A DNA stretch of 64,000 nt, taken from assembly GCF_030144855.1 (NCBI RefSeq), contig NC_082727.1, positions 14,756,001-14,820,000 of the forward strand, given 5' to 3'. Positions 24,101-37,525 of this stretch are shown piece by piece. Numbering within the stretch: position 1 is the stretch's first letter; each line of letters opens with the position of its first letter. The position numbers and the translations under genes are program-made. The notes under the pieces are model-generated. The model was given only the letters and a program-made list of their open reading frames with translations, was not told where the DNA came from and ran no database searches. Source of the stretch: Hypanus sabinus (lineage: Eukaryota).

Positions 24101-25260
24101 TATGTCATCCCTTTCTAATGATTTAACATTATTTCTTATACACAGAGCCACACCACCCCCTCTGCCTGCTAACCTATCTTTCCGATATACCGTATGTCCT
24201 TGGACGTTCAGTTCCCAATGATAGCCATCCTTTAGCCAAGTTTAGCCAAGTTTGGCCGCAATATCATATTTACCGATCTGCAGCTGAATTTCAAGATCGT
24301 CTCATTTATTTCTTATGCTGCGTGCATTCAAATACAACACTCTCAGTCCAGTATTTGTTGCTTTCTTTCTTAACTGCACCATGTCTCTATTGCCCTGTAA
24401 CTCACCCCATTGGCTTTGATTAAGCCTCATCTCCTGCCTGTTCTTTCTATAATTTCTGTTGCATGGTATCTTTGATTTATTTCTGTTTTCCCCTTCCTCA
24501 ACCCTATCACTCCAGTTCCCATCCCCCTGCCAAATAGTTTAAACCCTCCCTAACAGCTCTACTAAACCTGCCTGCTAGGAGATTGGACTCCTTTGATTTC
24601 GGGTGTAACCCGTTCTTTTTGTGCAGGTCATACCTCCCCCAGAAGAGGCCCTAGTGATCCAGGAATTTGAAACCCTGTCCCCTACACCAGTCTATCAACC
24701 ACATATTAATACACCTGATCATGCTATTCTTGCACTCACTAGCACGTGGCACAGGCAGCAATCCTGAGATTACTACCCTGGAGGTCCTGCTTTTCAGCTT
24801 CCTACCTAACTCCCTGAATTTTCTCTTTAGGACCGCCTCCCTTTTTCTGCCTATGTCATAGGTAGCAATGTGTACCAAGACTTCTGGCTGTTCACCCACT
24901 CCCTTCAGAATACTCTGCACCCGATCTGAGATATCCCATTCCCCTGGTACCTGGGAGGCAACACACCATGCGGGTATCTCTATCAGGCTGACAGAACCTC
25001 CCGTCTGTTCCCCTCACTATGGAATCCCCTATGACTACCGCATTCCTCATCTTCTTCTCTCCCCTCTGCACCACGGAACCAGGCTCAGTGCCAGAGACGC
25101 GATCACCGTGGTCATCTTCTGTCAGGTCACCCCCCTCGACCGCATCCAAAACGAGATAATGATTACTGAGGTGGCCACAGGGTTCTTTGTTCTTTAAGAG
25201 TTGTCCCAAATAAGAGGCTGCCCTGATAAGCCAATGGCCCCATTAACCAGAATCCACTGT
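21198..25260. mobile_element. Tigger/Tc1-mariner-like MITE split by a CR1 insertion (MITE parts 21198-21610 and ~25185-25260)
   Basis: Imperfect TIRs cagaggaatcccattaatagggac / ggccccattaaccagaatccactg, with TA on the left. The flanking LINE 3' fragment (20915-21197) resumes at 25262-25445. Confidence 0.6.
21612..25185 (-). mobile_element. Near-full-length decayed CR1 LINE (ORF1 esterase + ORF2 APE endonuclease-RT)
   Basis: ORF1 SGNH-esterase motifs AVVIGDSIVRG, RMVCCLPG, VVISGLLPVP. ORF2 motifs VYRPPNS, IVGDFN, LGNSDHNMIEF, KSPGPDG, NYRPVSLTS, QHGFLKGKSCLTNL, DFHKAFDKV, KFVDD, LVRPHLEY, FSQRMVNLWNLLP. 3' tail at 21612; frameshifts and internal deletions present. Confidence 0.96.
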
Positions 25261-26159
25261 TTCATTTTTTTTATTTACACTGTTTGTCTCCTTCTCCCGA
25301 GGTGTAGTGCCATACATCGGTTGTTTGTCAGTCTTTGTGTGTAGTTCTTCGCGTATTCTATCGTATTTCTTGTTTTACCATGAATGCCTGCAAGAAAATG
25401 AATCCCGAGGTATAGTGTACTTTGATAAGAAATTTACTTTGAACATTGGGGGATGCGGGAGGGAACTGTAGCTCACATGGGAAACCCGTGAAGTCACTGG
25501 GAAGATGCGCATTCTCAATAAAGACAGAGTCAGATTCCAATCCTGATTTATTTATCACACGTACATTGAAACATACAGTGAATTGCATTGTTTGAGTTAA
25601 CGAACAACACAATCTAACGATGTGACCACACACTCCAGCACCGACATAACATGCCGAAAGTGTCCAGTAGAACATCACAAACAACAATAACAACAGAACA
25701 ACTGCAGAAAAACAACAACAGTCAAATTGGCCCCTTTCCTCTCTCCCATGCACTCCCTCTCACATCTACTTCCAATCCGGAAAAGGCCACCTCTGTTCCT
25801 CCAGCCTCGAGTGGACTCGCAGATATCAGGCCTCGAACGTGCCCATTGCTCTCACAGAGTGAAAGACCCAGGGGTGGGGCCAATCACTCTGGACTTCTGA
25901 TTGACCTTTAGGCTTCAACTTTCAGAACAGTGCCGAAGTTTGGGATCGAACCTAGATGGTGAGGCTGCGGCTGTACCAGCTGGGCCCCTCTGCCTCTCTT
26001 TGATATTCAAGCATTTTCTGATTTCTCTAAATATAATCCACTGCCAGCCTCTTTCTCCCACCCAGATACCTTCGGTTCATAATGCTCCCACACTGAAATC
26101 ACCAAGTCTATCAAAAGTGACACTGTTTACAGGGCCCCTCTTATTTGCACATCTCAAGG

Positions 26160-26890
26160 TTCTAGATTCAAGATTGTTTGATGTCACTTCCTGTACACAA
26201 GTGTAAGGAGAACAAAATAACTGTTGCTCTGGATCTGATGCACCACAAAAAAAGCACAAAACATAAAGAACATAATAATAATGAAGAAACACAATAAATA
26301 TAAATGCATACGATAGCTTATATACACACATTGTCCACAGAGTGAGGCTAGGCTGTAGATAAGGTGACTGACAGGAAATAATAAGGTAGTGGTGGAATTG
26401 ATGGGTAGCAGGGTTGATCAGCCTTACCGCTTGGAGAAAGTAACTTTTTGAGTCTGCTGGTCCTGGCCTGTGTGCCATGTAGCCTCCTCCCTGATGGGAG
26501 TGGGACAGACAGTCCATGAGCAGAGTGTGTGGGATTCTTCACGACGTTACTGGACCTTTTCCTGCACCTTTCTGTGTATACGTCCTTAATGGGAGGTGGG
26601 CTGGTGCCAGTGATGCATTGAGCAGTTTTGATTACCCATTGTAGAGTCTTTCTGTCTGCCAGTGTGCAGTTTCCATACCAGGCAGTGATGCAGCTTGTTG
26701 GGATGTTCTCTGCTGTGCATCTGTAGAATGAGGTGAGTATAGATGTGCATAGTCCGGCTTTCTTCAGCCTCCTCAGGAGATAAAGGCATCGGTGAGCTTT
26801 TTTTGACTGTGTAGGGTGCATTCTGGAACCATGGGATGTTGTATTTGATGTGCGCTCCCAGGCGTTTGAAACTGCCCACAGTTTCCAGGG
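26160..26890 (-). mobile_element. Rex1-like LINE 3' fragment
   Basis: KKAHRCLYLLRRLKKAGL...SCITAWYGNC...PLPSGRRL. Confidence 0.85.
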
Positions 26891-28479
26891 CTGTGCTGCC
26901 GATGTAAAGGGGGGATGTGCGAGTTCTCCTGAAGCCCAGGCCTCCACTCTGCAGTTAGAATGCCAGTGATGTAGACATGTGGACAAAGAGCATTCACGCT
27001 TGCTGGGCTGTCCCAAGTTAGTGCCCAGTCGTGTGAGCTGAAGGCATGATGGCCGGTTCAAGTCACGGGATCGCATCACTGACTCGTCTGAGGGTCACTA
27101 CTGAAGATCAAAGCCCGAAGGTTAATTGCAAGTCTGGGGAAGTTGTGGTCCATAGCTGCAGCCTGCAAGCCCCGATGCCTGACCTGCAGTTGGAGAACTG
27201 TCCATGCATCTGGGTGGAAGGGAGGGTCGGAGAGAGAAGAGAGTTATTTTTTTGCTGATGTTGTTTTGTTGTTCGTTGTGTTCTGTGTGGTTCTGCCGAG
27301 CTTTGTGAGCACGCTGTGTTGTACGGTGACACTTGTGGGCTACCCTCAGCAAATCCTTAAGTTAATACAAAGGACACATTTCACTGTGTTTTTCGATCCA
27401 CATCTGATCACTGAATCTGAATCAGGATCATTCACGGATGGGGTTGGGTTGGGAAAATCTGCAGGTGCAAAGCCACAGGCCCGGTCTGCTGAGTTCCTCC
27501 CGCAGCTTGAATGGGACGCCTGCTGTTCACGGACACTGATGCGGTTCACGGAGCTGCAGGTACTGGTATCTGGAGCAGCCCGCAAGGCGCTGGAGGAACT
27601 CAGCGGGTCAGGCAGCGTCTGTGGAGGGAAAGGGGCAGTCGACGTTTTAGGTTCATGTGGAAGACCAGTGCTGCAGATGACGAAATCTGATAGGAAAGAA
27701 AGGAGGACCAGTGGAATCCATGATCCTATCCAACTCCAACATCTCTAGCCCAGATGTAGGATCTCAGTCCATAAGATATCCACTCTCAGAATCAGGTTTA
27801 TTATTACTGAGATATATGTGTTGTGACAACACTCAAGTAGCTGGTCTGTCTCATTTCTGCATACCTGCTTGTCCCCATCTGACATACTGCCAACAATAGT
27901 TGTGTCATGGGCTGGAGGAATGGATGGATAGCATTGGAGCTGTGCCTAACCACACAGTCTTGGGTGTAGAGAGAGTCGAGCAATGGGCGAATCATGCATT
28001 CTTAAGATGTGATTGTCAGTGAGGAAGAGATGTTATTTCAGATTCTTGCAGACCGTGGCCTCCCGGTGAGGAAGTCAAGGATCCAATTGCAGAGGGAAGT
28101 ACGGAGGTCCAGGTTTCGAAGCTTATTGATTCGCTCAGTTTCTCTCCACAGTTGCTGCCTGACCTGCTGAGTTCATCCAGCATCTTGCTTATTGATCCAG
28201 CGCCCATGTCTGTGATCCCCTTGTCTAATGTTGCCTCATCTCACCTCCTGCTGAAACCCTCTGCCATGCCTTTGTGTCCTCAAACTCAATCATCCCAGGC
28301 ACTCCCACCCAACCACCAGTCCCAGCCAGCCACCATCTTCCTCCCTGCATTAACCCGAGGCCACCTAAAGTTCCCTTCTCTCTGTGATAACTCTCGGGTG
28401 TCAGGGCTGGAGGAATATTCTTAAATCTAATTGAAACTGAAGAGTGTAGGGTATCAGTGAGGAAATACCTGAGATTTTT

Positions 28480-28745
28480 TTTTTGGAGATATAGCATAGA
28501 ATTTGGTCCTTCCAGCTCAATGAGCTGCATCACTTCAGCCTAATCATAGGACAATTTACAATGACCAATTAACCTACTAGCCAGTAATTCTTTGGACTGT
28601 GGGAGGAAACTGGAGCACTCAGAGGAAACCCACGTGGTCACGGCGACATCGTTCAAACTCCTTTTAGACAATGCCAGAAACGAGCCCCAAACCCCGACGC
28701 CCCAAGCTGCAGTCGCGTGACGCTAACCAGTCCACTCCCGCGCCG
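28480..28745 (-). mobile_element. V-SINE (HE1-like)
   Basis: Reverse V-domain gtgggaggaaactggagcactcagaggaaacccacg. Confidence 0.7.
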
Positions 28746-29244
28746 CCCGCCGCAACCTGCTGCAGTCCTGCGGATCTGATTTTACTGTGTGGCAGCGGAG
28801 TGTTAGCGCTGTGAGATGCTGTGCTTCTCCACAGCGGCACAGCGTGTATGTGCTGAAACGTCTGTCGGTACACTGCACCCCTGAGCAACATGCACAGCTG
28901 AAGTGCTGGGACACCAGATGTTCTTTGTCACAGGTTAGATTTATGCTAAAGTTGATTGATTCTACAGCAGAGATATTTAAACAGCACTTCTGCTTTCTTG
29001 TTAACCTATTGCTGACCAGGGCTTCCAACAACATGTCAGTTCTCAATATATCCAATTATTTTCTAGACTTTAATATTTAATATTTTAATAGCATGGGTGA
29101 CATCACTGTTACCGCGACCGCTTTACAATGCCAGCCGTAAGATTGGGCTGTGCCTCGGTAAGGAGTTCTCTGCGACACCTCAAGTGTTTCCTCCAGCTGC
29201 TCCAGTTTTCTCCCCCGTTCGGTTAGTGAGATGTGGGCATATTA

Positions 29245-29840
29245 TAACCATATAACAATTACAGCACGGAAACAGGCCATCTCAGCCCTTCTAGTCCATG
29301 CCGAACGCTTACTCTCACCTAATCCCACTGACCCGCACTCAGCCCATAACCCTCCACTCCTTTCCTGTCCATATACCTGATGCACCATCAATAACTCTCT
29401 GAGACGTGAGGCGAGATATCGGCTTTTATTGACTGGAAAGAACAAGCAGCAATTGACAACCATGCTACATCCTGGAGACTGAGGGCAGGGCTCAGGCCCC
29501 AGTCGCCTTTATACCGGGGTCTGTGGGAGGAGCCACAGGAGCAGTCAGCAGGGGAGGTGTGACCAGACAGGTATATGTAGTTCACCACAATACCTATCCA
29601 ATTTTGCTTTAAATGGCAATATCGAACCTGCCTCTACCACTCCTACTGGAAGCTCATTCCACACAGCTACCAATCTCTGAGTAAAGAAATTCCCCCTCAT
29701 GTTACCCCTAAACTTTTGCCCCTTAACTCTCAACTCATGTCCTCTTGTTTGAATCTCCCCTATTCTCAGTGGAAAAAGCCTATCCACGTCAACTCTATCT
29801 ATCCCCCTCATAAATTTAAATACCTCTATCAAGTCCCCCC
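29245..29840 (-). mobile_element. CR1 3' fragment carrying a solo LTR
   Basis: RGDLIEVFKFMRGIDRV...TRGHELRVKG...FFTQRLVAVWNELP. Confidence 0.88.
29378..29589 (-). mobile_element. Solo LTR (212 bp)
   Basis: TG...CA termini and a perfect 5-bp TSD ATACC (29373-29377 / 29590-29594). TATAAA and AATAAA occur in the expected order on the minus strand. Confidence 0.88.
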
Positions 29841-30152
29841 TTTTTTTTGGGATCGTGAGTGGACACCCCTTTTCAACTCCAACCACAAATTCTCAATTGG
29901 ATTGAGGTCTTATTAAAGGGGGCTAAATACTTATGCAATCAGTAAATAGACTTTCTGAAAGATCACTACTCCTGCCCTGATCCCTTATGTTCCAGTGTTG
30001 TGACACGTGCAAGCTGTTCAGCACAATCCTCACTAATTTGATTTGATGCAAACAGCTCATTTCACTGCATGTTTTGATGCATAAGTGGCAAGTGAAGCTA
30101 ATCTTTTTATTTTTAATATTTTATAACACTTAATCCCGGGGGAAATAGTGAT

Positions 30153-30670
30153 GGGTTAGATGCAGATTTCAGCTCCCTTTACACCCCCATGGGTTAGATA
30201 CAGAGCGAAGCTCCCTCTATACATCCCATCACACACTCCCAGGACAGGGACAGCACGGGTTAGATACAGAGTGAAGCTCCCTCTACACTGTCCCATCACA
30301 CACTCCCAGGACAGGGACAGCACGGGTTAGATACAGAGTGAAGCTCCCCCTACACTGTCCCATCACACACTCCCAGGACAGGGACAGCACGGGTTAGATA
30401 CAGAGTGAAGCTCACTCTACACTGTCCCATCACACACTCCCAGGACAGGGACAGCACGGGTTAGATACAGAGTGAAGCTCCCTCTACACTGTCCCATCAC
30501 ACACTCCCAGGACAGGGACAGCACGGGTTAGATACAGAGTGAAGCTCCCTCTACACTGTCCCATCACACACTCCCAGGACAGGGACAGCACGGGTTAGAT
30601 ACAGAGTGAAGCTCACTCTACACTGTCCCATCACACACTCCCAGGACAGGGACAGCACAGGTTGGACATA
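30153..30670 (-). repeat. 67-bp satellite array 2 (~7 full copies plus degenerate edges)
   Basis: Reverse complement of the array 1 unit, period 67 (30190, 30257, 30324...). Confidence 0.97.
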
Positions 30671-31699
30671 GATGAAAACTCTAAGTCCTTAAGGAACACA
30701 CATGAAATGCTGGAGGAACTCTGCATCTATGTAGGGAAATAAAAGTGAGTGATTCTGGAGTTATTAGCATAGCCTGGTGAGTTCCTCCAGCATTTTGCTT
30801 GTGTTGCTCACTGCTTTCCATCATCTGCAGACGCTCTATATCAGTGCTTGCTGTTCGAATGCCCTCTACCTCTCCACAAGGGGATGAGTGAATGTGTAAA
30901 ATCACCCAGAGATGTGTCAAGTGAATGATCAATCTGCAAAGAGGAAGACCTGATCATTGGGTGCTATAATTAAACAGCAGCTGTAGTGAATTATCCCAGG
31001 ATGAACCACCACTGGAATGCTGAACCTCCTATTAGTGTCTCCGTCAAATGGTCATTAGGCTGCTGCATTATTGATATCAGGAAGACTCTCTCAGTCGGTC
31101 TTTGCCTTCTCTCCCAATCTGTCTTCACACCAGTGCTCAGTATCACTAGAGCCTGTTTGATCCCAATGATGGTGGTCCAAACCTGCTTCAGGAGTCGAGA
31201 ATGAGGCATAAAGCTTGTTGCCTATGGAGGTTTTATTAAGCACTACAAGATCAAAGGACGAACGAAGGAAATATGAAGACAAAGAAGTTGTGGTCGCCTC
31301 ATGATCAGATTGGAGAGAACAACGTTCCATTGATAACAACTAACCTGTTAAGGAGCCAGATTCACGTGGCGTGACACTTGCTGCTGGGAAAAAACTGAGA
31401 AGCTTCAGGAAAATACCCACTCAGCTATCTACGATCGCCGGAAAGTTCACTGAACGATTGCATATGTATTGGTGATTATATAAAATAGCAAACAAACAGG
31501 AAATTAAACCACAAGGAAAATAACAATTGTACATAAGATATAGGAGCAGAATTAGGCCATTCGGCCAAATGAGTCTGTGAATCCAATGATCCTTTCCTAC
31601 ACTTTGACTCCCCACCAAGCCCACCCTCCACCCCTCACATTGGGAGCATCATTCACTCTTCTGTGCTGCTCCTTCCACACCCCCTGAAGCTGTGGGGGT

Positions 31700-31940
31700 G
31701 CCTGTGAGCACGGGTGTGTACCTGTGCATTTGCGTTGTGTACAAGTGTGTGCTTGTACCCGTGCACTCGCACATCTGTATGTGAGTGTGGGTGTAAATAT
31801 ATATAATGTGCATGTGTGCATAATCACATCTGTGCGTGTGTATGTACATGTGCATAAGGGTGTTTGTACGTGTCTTCCAATGTACATATATGCATATATG
31901 TTTGCATATGTCGAAATGTGCTTGTGTGTGCTCATGTGTA
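31700..31940. repeat. Degenerate (TG/TA)n tract
   Basis: Alternating purine-pyrimidine low-complexity sequence. Confidence 0.75.
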
Positions 31941-31949
31941 AAAAGTAGG

Positions 31950-32238
31950 GGCACCAGGGTGGCACAGTGGTGTAGTGGGTAGCACAATGCTTTACAATAA
32001 CAGCAACCCAGGTTCAATTCCCGCCGCTGCCTGTAAGGAGTTTATATGTTCTTCCCGTGACCTCGTGGGTTTCCTCCAGGTGCTCCGGTTTCCTCCCACA
32101 GTCCAAAGACATACCGGTTAGCAGGTTAATTGATCATTGTAAATTGTCCCATGATTAGGCTAGGGTTAAATCAGGGTTTGCTGGGGGTGAGGCTCAAAGG
32201 CCAGGAGGGCCTGTTCTGTGCCGTATCTCAATAAATAA
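31950..32238 (+). mobile_element. Full-length tRNA-derived V-SINE (HE1-like)
   Basis: A-box-like tggtgtagtgg, B-box ggttcaattcc, V-domain gtgggtttcctccaggtgctccggtttcctcccaca, CR1-like tail agggcctgttctgtg...aataaataa. Confidence 0.85.
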
Positions 32239-32340
32239 CTGGTTTAACATCACCGGCACTTGTCGTGAAATTTGTTAACTTAGCAACAGCAGTGTGTTGC
32301 AATACAGAATAATAGTGAGAAAACCTTACTGAATTATAGT

Positions 32341-32342
<2 letters not shown>

Positions 32343-32408
<66 letters not shown>
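32343..32408. repeat. Compound (GT)n(GA)n microsatellite
   Basis: Directly visible. Confidence 0.97.
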
Positions 32409-32411
<3 letters not shown>

Positions 32412-33055
32412 ACACATGGAGATATAAAAATATATATTAAATAGTTAAATAAGTAGTGCAAAAAAATAGAAATAAAAACGTAGTGAGGTTATGAGCTCAA
32501 TGCTCATTCAGAAATTGGATGGCAGAGGGGAATTTATTTATCTCAATAAATAAATAAGTAAATAAATGAATAAATATATAAATAAATATGTTCATGCATG
32601 CTTGTGTCTGAATATATACGTACATAAACATGTATGGGTGCTTGTACACATGTACTTAAGCATTTCGCTGTATATATTGTACATATGGGTATAGATGTGT
32701 GATTACTGTATATGTGAGTGTGCACATGCTTGTGTGTAGTATAGTGGAGGCACTGACTGCCTGTTAACACTCACACCTCATTCTATATAATTAATTGAAG
32801 GATTTCAATCATTGGTATATTTCAAGCAAAGATGTCAGCAGATTATAGAGAGGCTTAAAGCCCAACTGACTGAGGACTTGCCGAGCACAGTGAGTTAGAG
32901 TTGTCGTCCGTATTCTTCGTTCTGTGTTCAGAACCTGAAGGTGGTTTTGATTTCCATTTGGGGAGAGTGGTGGGAAGCAAAACAATTGGCCCATGTAACC
33001 AGTTGTGGACCAATGAATTAGTGCTGCATTAGCTACCAACTTTAGCCTAGCCAGT

Positions 33056-33278
33056 CACACACGAATTGCTGGAGGAACTTGGCAGATGAGGCAGCATCTA
33101 TGGATGGAAATAGACGGTTGATGTTTCAGGCCGAGACCCATCATCAGGATTCCTTGGCTGAAATGTCAACTGTTTATTCCCCTCCATAGATGATATCTGA
33201 TCTGCTGAGTTCTTCCAGCATTGCGTGTCTGTTGCTCAAGATTACCTGCATCTGCAGAAACTCTTGTGTCTATTTTCC
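33056..33278. mobile_element. Palindromic Penelope-derived element with TSD
   Basis: Inverted arms. Minus-strand CUGAUGA..GAAACAUC core at ~33118-33147. TSD agccagt (33049-33055 / 33279-33285). Confidence 0.7.
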
Positions 33279-33634
33279 AGCCAGTGCTTATTCTGTTGTC
33301 TGATAGGGTGTTAACTAATTGGTTGAGAGTTCTGGGCTTTCAATTGCTGTGAATCAGCTATCAATTTGGTAGTCACCATCCAAAGAAAAGTGCAACAGTT
33401 CTGTCAGGTGCTCCTAGGAGCAGCACAATAACGTAGCAGTTAGTTCAATCACTTTACAACATTAGTGATCACTGGTTGGGGTTCAGGCCCCCCCACTGTC
33501 TGTGAGGAGTTTGGACATTCTCTCGGTGACCACCTGGGTTTCCTCCGGGTGCTCTGGTTTCCTCCCACATTCCAAAGGCATACAGATTAGATTTACTAGG
33601 TTATAAGCATGCTATGTTGGAACCAAAAGCATGG

Positions 33635-35100
33635 GAGTGGTTTAAACTAATATGGCAGGGGATGGGAACTAGTATGGTAGAGCTGAGGATGAGCCAGCAG
33701 GTTGACAGGTAGATGATGGGTGTAACATGAATGTAAGTAAGGACAAGCCAATGATTGGGTACAAATACAGATGGAGCAAAGAGTTAAATAGTACCACAGA
33801 GGCAAAATTCAAAAGAGCACAGATTGCAGGACTGAAGGTGCTGTATTTAAACATGCATAGCATTTGGAATAAAATGGATGAACTCATGGTGCAATTAGAG
33901 TTTAGTCAGAATGACGTTGTGGGCATCACTAAGTCGTGGCTGAAAGAAGGCCATAGTGGGGAGCTTAACGTCAAAGTGTATACTTTGTATCAAAAGGACA
34001 GGCAAGAAGGCAAAGACGGTGGTGTGGCTTTGTTGGTAAGAGATGAAAGTACATCTCTAGAAAGGGTGATGTAAGGTCAGAGAATGTTAAATTTTTGTGG
34101 GTGGAAGTAAGAAACTACACAAACAAAAACATATGGGAATCATATATAGGCTTCAAATTGTAGTCAAGATGTGGGGTTGAGATTGTAAAGGGAGCTGGAA
34201 AAGGCATGTAATAAGGGTAATGATACAATTCTAATGGGAACTTCGATATGTCGGGGTATTGGGAAAATCAGGTTGGTGTCAGATCAAAAGAGAGGGAACT
34301 TGTTGAATGCCCACGAGATGGCTTTTTAGACCAACTTGTGCTCGAGTCTCCTAGGGGAAAGGTTATCTTAGATTGGGTGTTGTGTAATAACCCAGATCCT
34401 GTTAATGCAAAGCTTAACGCAAAGGAACCCATATGAGGCAGTGATCATAATAGGATTGAATTCATACCGCAATTTGAGGGGGAGAAGCACAAGACACATG
34501 TATCAGTATCGCGATGGAATAACGGGAATTCCAGAGGCATGAGAGAGGAGCTTGCCCGGGTGGACTGGAGGGGGATACTGCCGGGGATGACAGTAGAGCA
34601 GAGGTGGCTGAAGTTTCTGGGAATAGTTCACAAGGTGCAGGATAGATATGTCCCACAGAAGATGTTCTCAAATAGTAGGTCTAGGCAACTGTGGCTGACA
34701 AGGGAAGTTAAGGACTGCATAAAAACCAAGGAAAGAGCATATAAGGTTGCAAAAGTGAGTGGGAAATTGGATGATTGGGAAGATTTTAAAAACCAACAAA
34801 AGGCAACTAAAGAAGCTATAAGAAGTGAAAAGATGAATTATGAGGACAAGTTAGCCAATAATATAAAGGAGTATACTAAAAGTTTTTTCAATTATATAAC
34901 GAGTAAAAGGGAAATGAGAGTTGATATTAGACCACTGGAAAATGATGCTGGTGAGGTAGTAATGGGAGACAAAGCAATGGCAGATGAACTTTGATGTTTC
35001 CTGTGGTGGAGGTATCCAGAACTAGAGGGCATAGCCTCAAAACTGAGGGGCAACCTTTTAGAACAGAGTTACCTCTGGTTGAGGAAGCTAGGGTTTTTCT
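33635..35100 (+). mobile_element. Decayed CR1 (ORF1 end and ORF2 endonuclease, internally deleted to the 3' region)
   Basis: LKVLYLNMHSIWNKMDEL, VVGITKSWL, DGGVALLV, MREELARVDW, SFFNYI. Confidence 0.9.
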
Positions 35101-35324
35101 CTATGAAGTAAAGGGGGATGACAGGTAGCTCAACAGAGCATCGATGGAACGGACATCCAGCCTCTTTTATACCAGGGCAGAAATAGCTGACACGAGAAGA
35201 CATCAAGGTGTTTGGTGGAAAGTATAGGGCAGATGTCAGAGAGAGGGTTTTTAACACGGAGTGATGGGTGCAGGGAGTACAGTGCCGGGGACGGAGGCAG
35301 AGGCAGATGCATTATGGAATCAGA

Positions 35325-35810
35325 ATCAGGTTTAATATCACCAGCATATCTCATGAAATGTGTTCACTTTGCAGCAGCAGTACAATGCAATACATGATAA
35401 TAGAAAAATGGTGAAATACAATAGAATTTAATAATTAAATTAAGTAGTGCAAAAATAGAAATAAAAAATGAGTAACGTAGTGCCTGTGGGTTTGATGTCC
35501 ATTCAGAGATCAGATGGCAGAGAGGAAGAAGCTGTTCCTGAACTGTTGAGTGTATGCCTTCAGGCTCCTGTACCTCCTACCTGATGGTAGCAATGAGAAG
35601 AGAGCATGTCCTGGGTGATGCGGGTCCTTAATGATTGATGTCGCTTTTTTGAGGCGTCACTTCTTGAAGGTGCCCATGGTGCAGCTGGCTGAGTTTACGG
35701 CTCTGCAGCGTACTTTGATCCTGCGCAGTAGCATCGCCTCCCGCACCACACCAGAAGGTGATGTAGCCAGTTGGAGCACTCTACACAGTATGTCTGTAGA
35801 ATAATTTGCG
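35325..35810 (-). mobile_element. Rex1-like LINE 3' fragment
   Basis: Same family as 15930-16435. Confidence 0.7.
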
Positions 35811-36394
35811 AATGTTTTTAAGAGTCTCTTATGGATACTCTTTTAAGAGTACATAGATAATAGAAAAATGGAGGTCTAAGTGGGAGGGAAAGGTTAGATT
35901 GATCTCGGAGTAGGTTAGAAGTTTAGCACAACATCAAGGGCCGAATGGCCTGTACTGTGGTGTAATGTTCTATGTTGTATGCATATTCCAGAGTAATTAT
36001 ATGGGATCGTCTGCATCTTCCTGTGAATAAAGTTGAACCTTGAATGCCCCATCCTTTCTAGCCATGCCATATAATTAATTATTATTAATTATAATATATT
36101 ACATAAGACAATAAGATATAGGGGCAGAATTAGGCAATTCAGCCCATTGACTCCCCTGCTAGTGAATCATGTTGGACTAGATTCGGGTGCTCAGGTCTGG
36201 GGATAGACTCACAAGCAGTTGAGCACCTGAAACTGGCGTGCTCCACGTCTTTGGTCTGGACTGGCCAGGACCCCTGGCTGATTCACTTCTGCAGCTGAAG
36301 ATTTCAAAGTCTGTCTGCTTAAATCTGCAGAGACTTTGCTTTCATGGTTCTGTCTGAAACTCCTCAAGTACTTCAAGAGGAGAGTCTAGTGGAG

Positions 36395-36860
36395 GTCCTC
36401 AAGAATGATCCTGGGAATGAAAGGGTTAATATATGAGGACCGTTTGATGGCTCTTGGCCTGCACTCACTGGAGTTCAGAAGAATAAGGGGGGGAGGGAGT
36501 CCCACTGAAACCTTTCAAATATTGAAAGGCCTAGATGGAGTGAACATTGAGAGGATGGTTCCCACAATGAGGGAGTCTCAGACCATGGGTGTCTCTTTAG
36601 AACAGAGATGAGGAGGAATATCTTTAGACAAAGGGTGGTCTATCTGTGGAATTCATTGCCACAGATGGCAGTGGAGGCCAAGTCATTGGTTATATTTAAA
36701 GCAAAGGTTGATAGGTTCTGGTTTAGTAAGAGTGCCAAAGGTTACTGGTAGAAGGCTGGAGAGTGGGGTTGAGAGGGACAATAAGTCAGCCATGATGGAG
36801 TGGCAGAGCAGACTCGACGGGCTAAATGGTCTCATTCTGCTCCCATGTCTTGTGGTCTCA
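36395..36860 (+). mobile_element. CR1 3' fragment
   Basis: MILGMKGLIYEDRLMALGLHSLEFRRIRG. Confidence 0.82.
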
Positions 36861-37137
36861 AGTGTTGATTGAGGAACTCTTACTGAAGTAAACAGAAAGG
36901 AAGGAGCAGGCTCAGAGATGTTCTTTGCAGATCCACAGTCTCAGACTGATGAATAATTTAGTGTGTGCTCTGCAAGGCGTCTGAGTGCCAGTGACTTCAG
37001 CACTGACTCTATCTGATGGGGACGCTTTGACAGAAACGCCTCAGAACCTGCCCCCAAACCATCCCCCATGCCAACAGAACCCCTGAGAGTCACGCAAAAG
37101 GTGGTGGGGTTACCTCGTGCAACACGCACACGCACGC

Positions 37138-37525
37138 AGCAGGTCAGGCAGCATCTATGGAAATGAATAAACAGTTGATATTTCAGGCTGAGACCCTACC
37201 TCAGGAATGGAATGGAAGGGGCAGAATAAGGTGGTGCTGGCGGGGGTGGGGGGTTGAGGAGAGGAGGCGTACAAGCTGGCTGGTGAGTGGGGTGAGGGTG
37301 AGGTGAAGTAAGAAGCTGGGAGGTGATAGGTGAAAGAGGTAAAGGCATGTAGAAGAAGAAAGAATCTGATTGGAGAGGACAGAGGACCTTGGGAGAAAGG
37401 AAAGGAAGAGGAGGGGCATCAGAGGGAGATGACAGGCAGGTGGGCAGAAGAGAAGGGGTAGAATAGGAGCCAGGAGGAGTGGGGGGGAGGGGGGAATGGA
37501 GAGAGAAGACGGAGAAATTGCCTGA
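37138..37525 (-). mobile_element. Penelope 3'/pLTR fragment
   Basis: Same pLTR and purine tract as 43245-43560. Confidence 0.7.
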
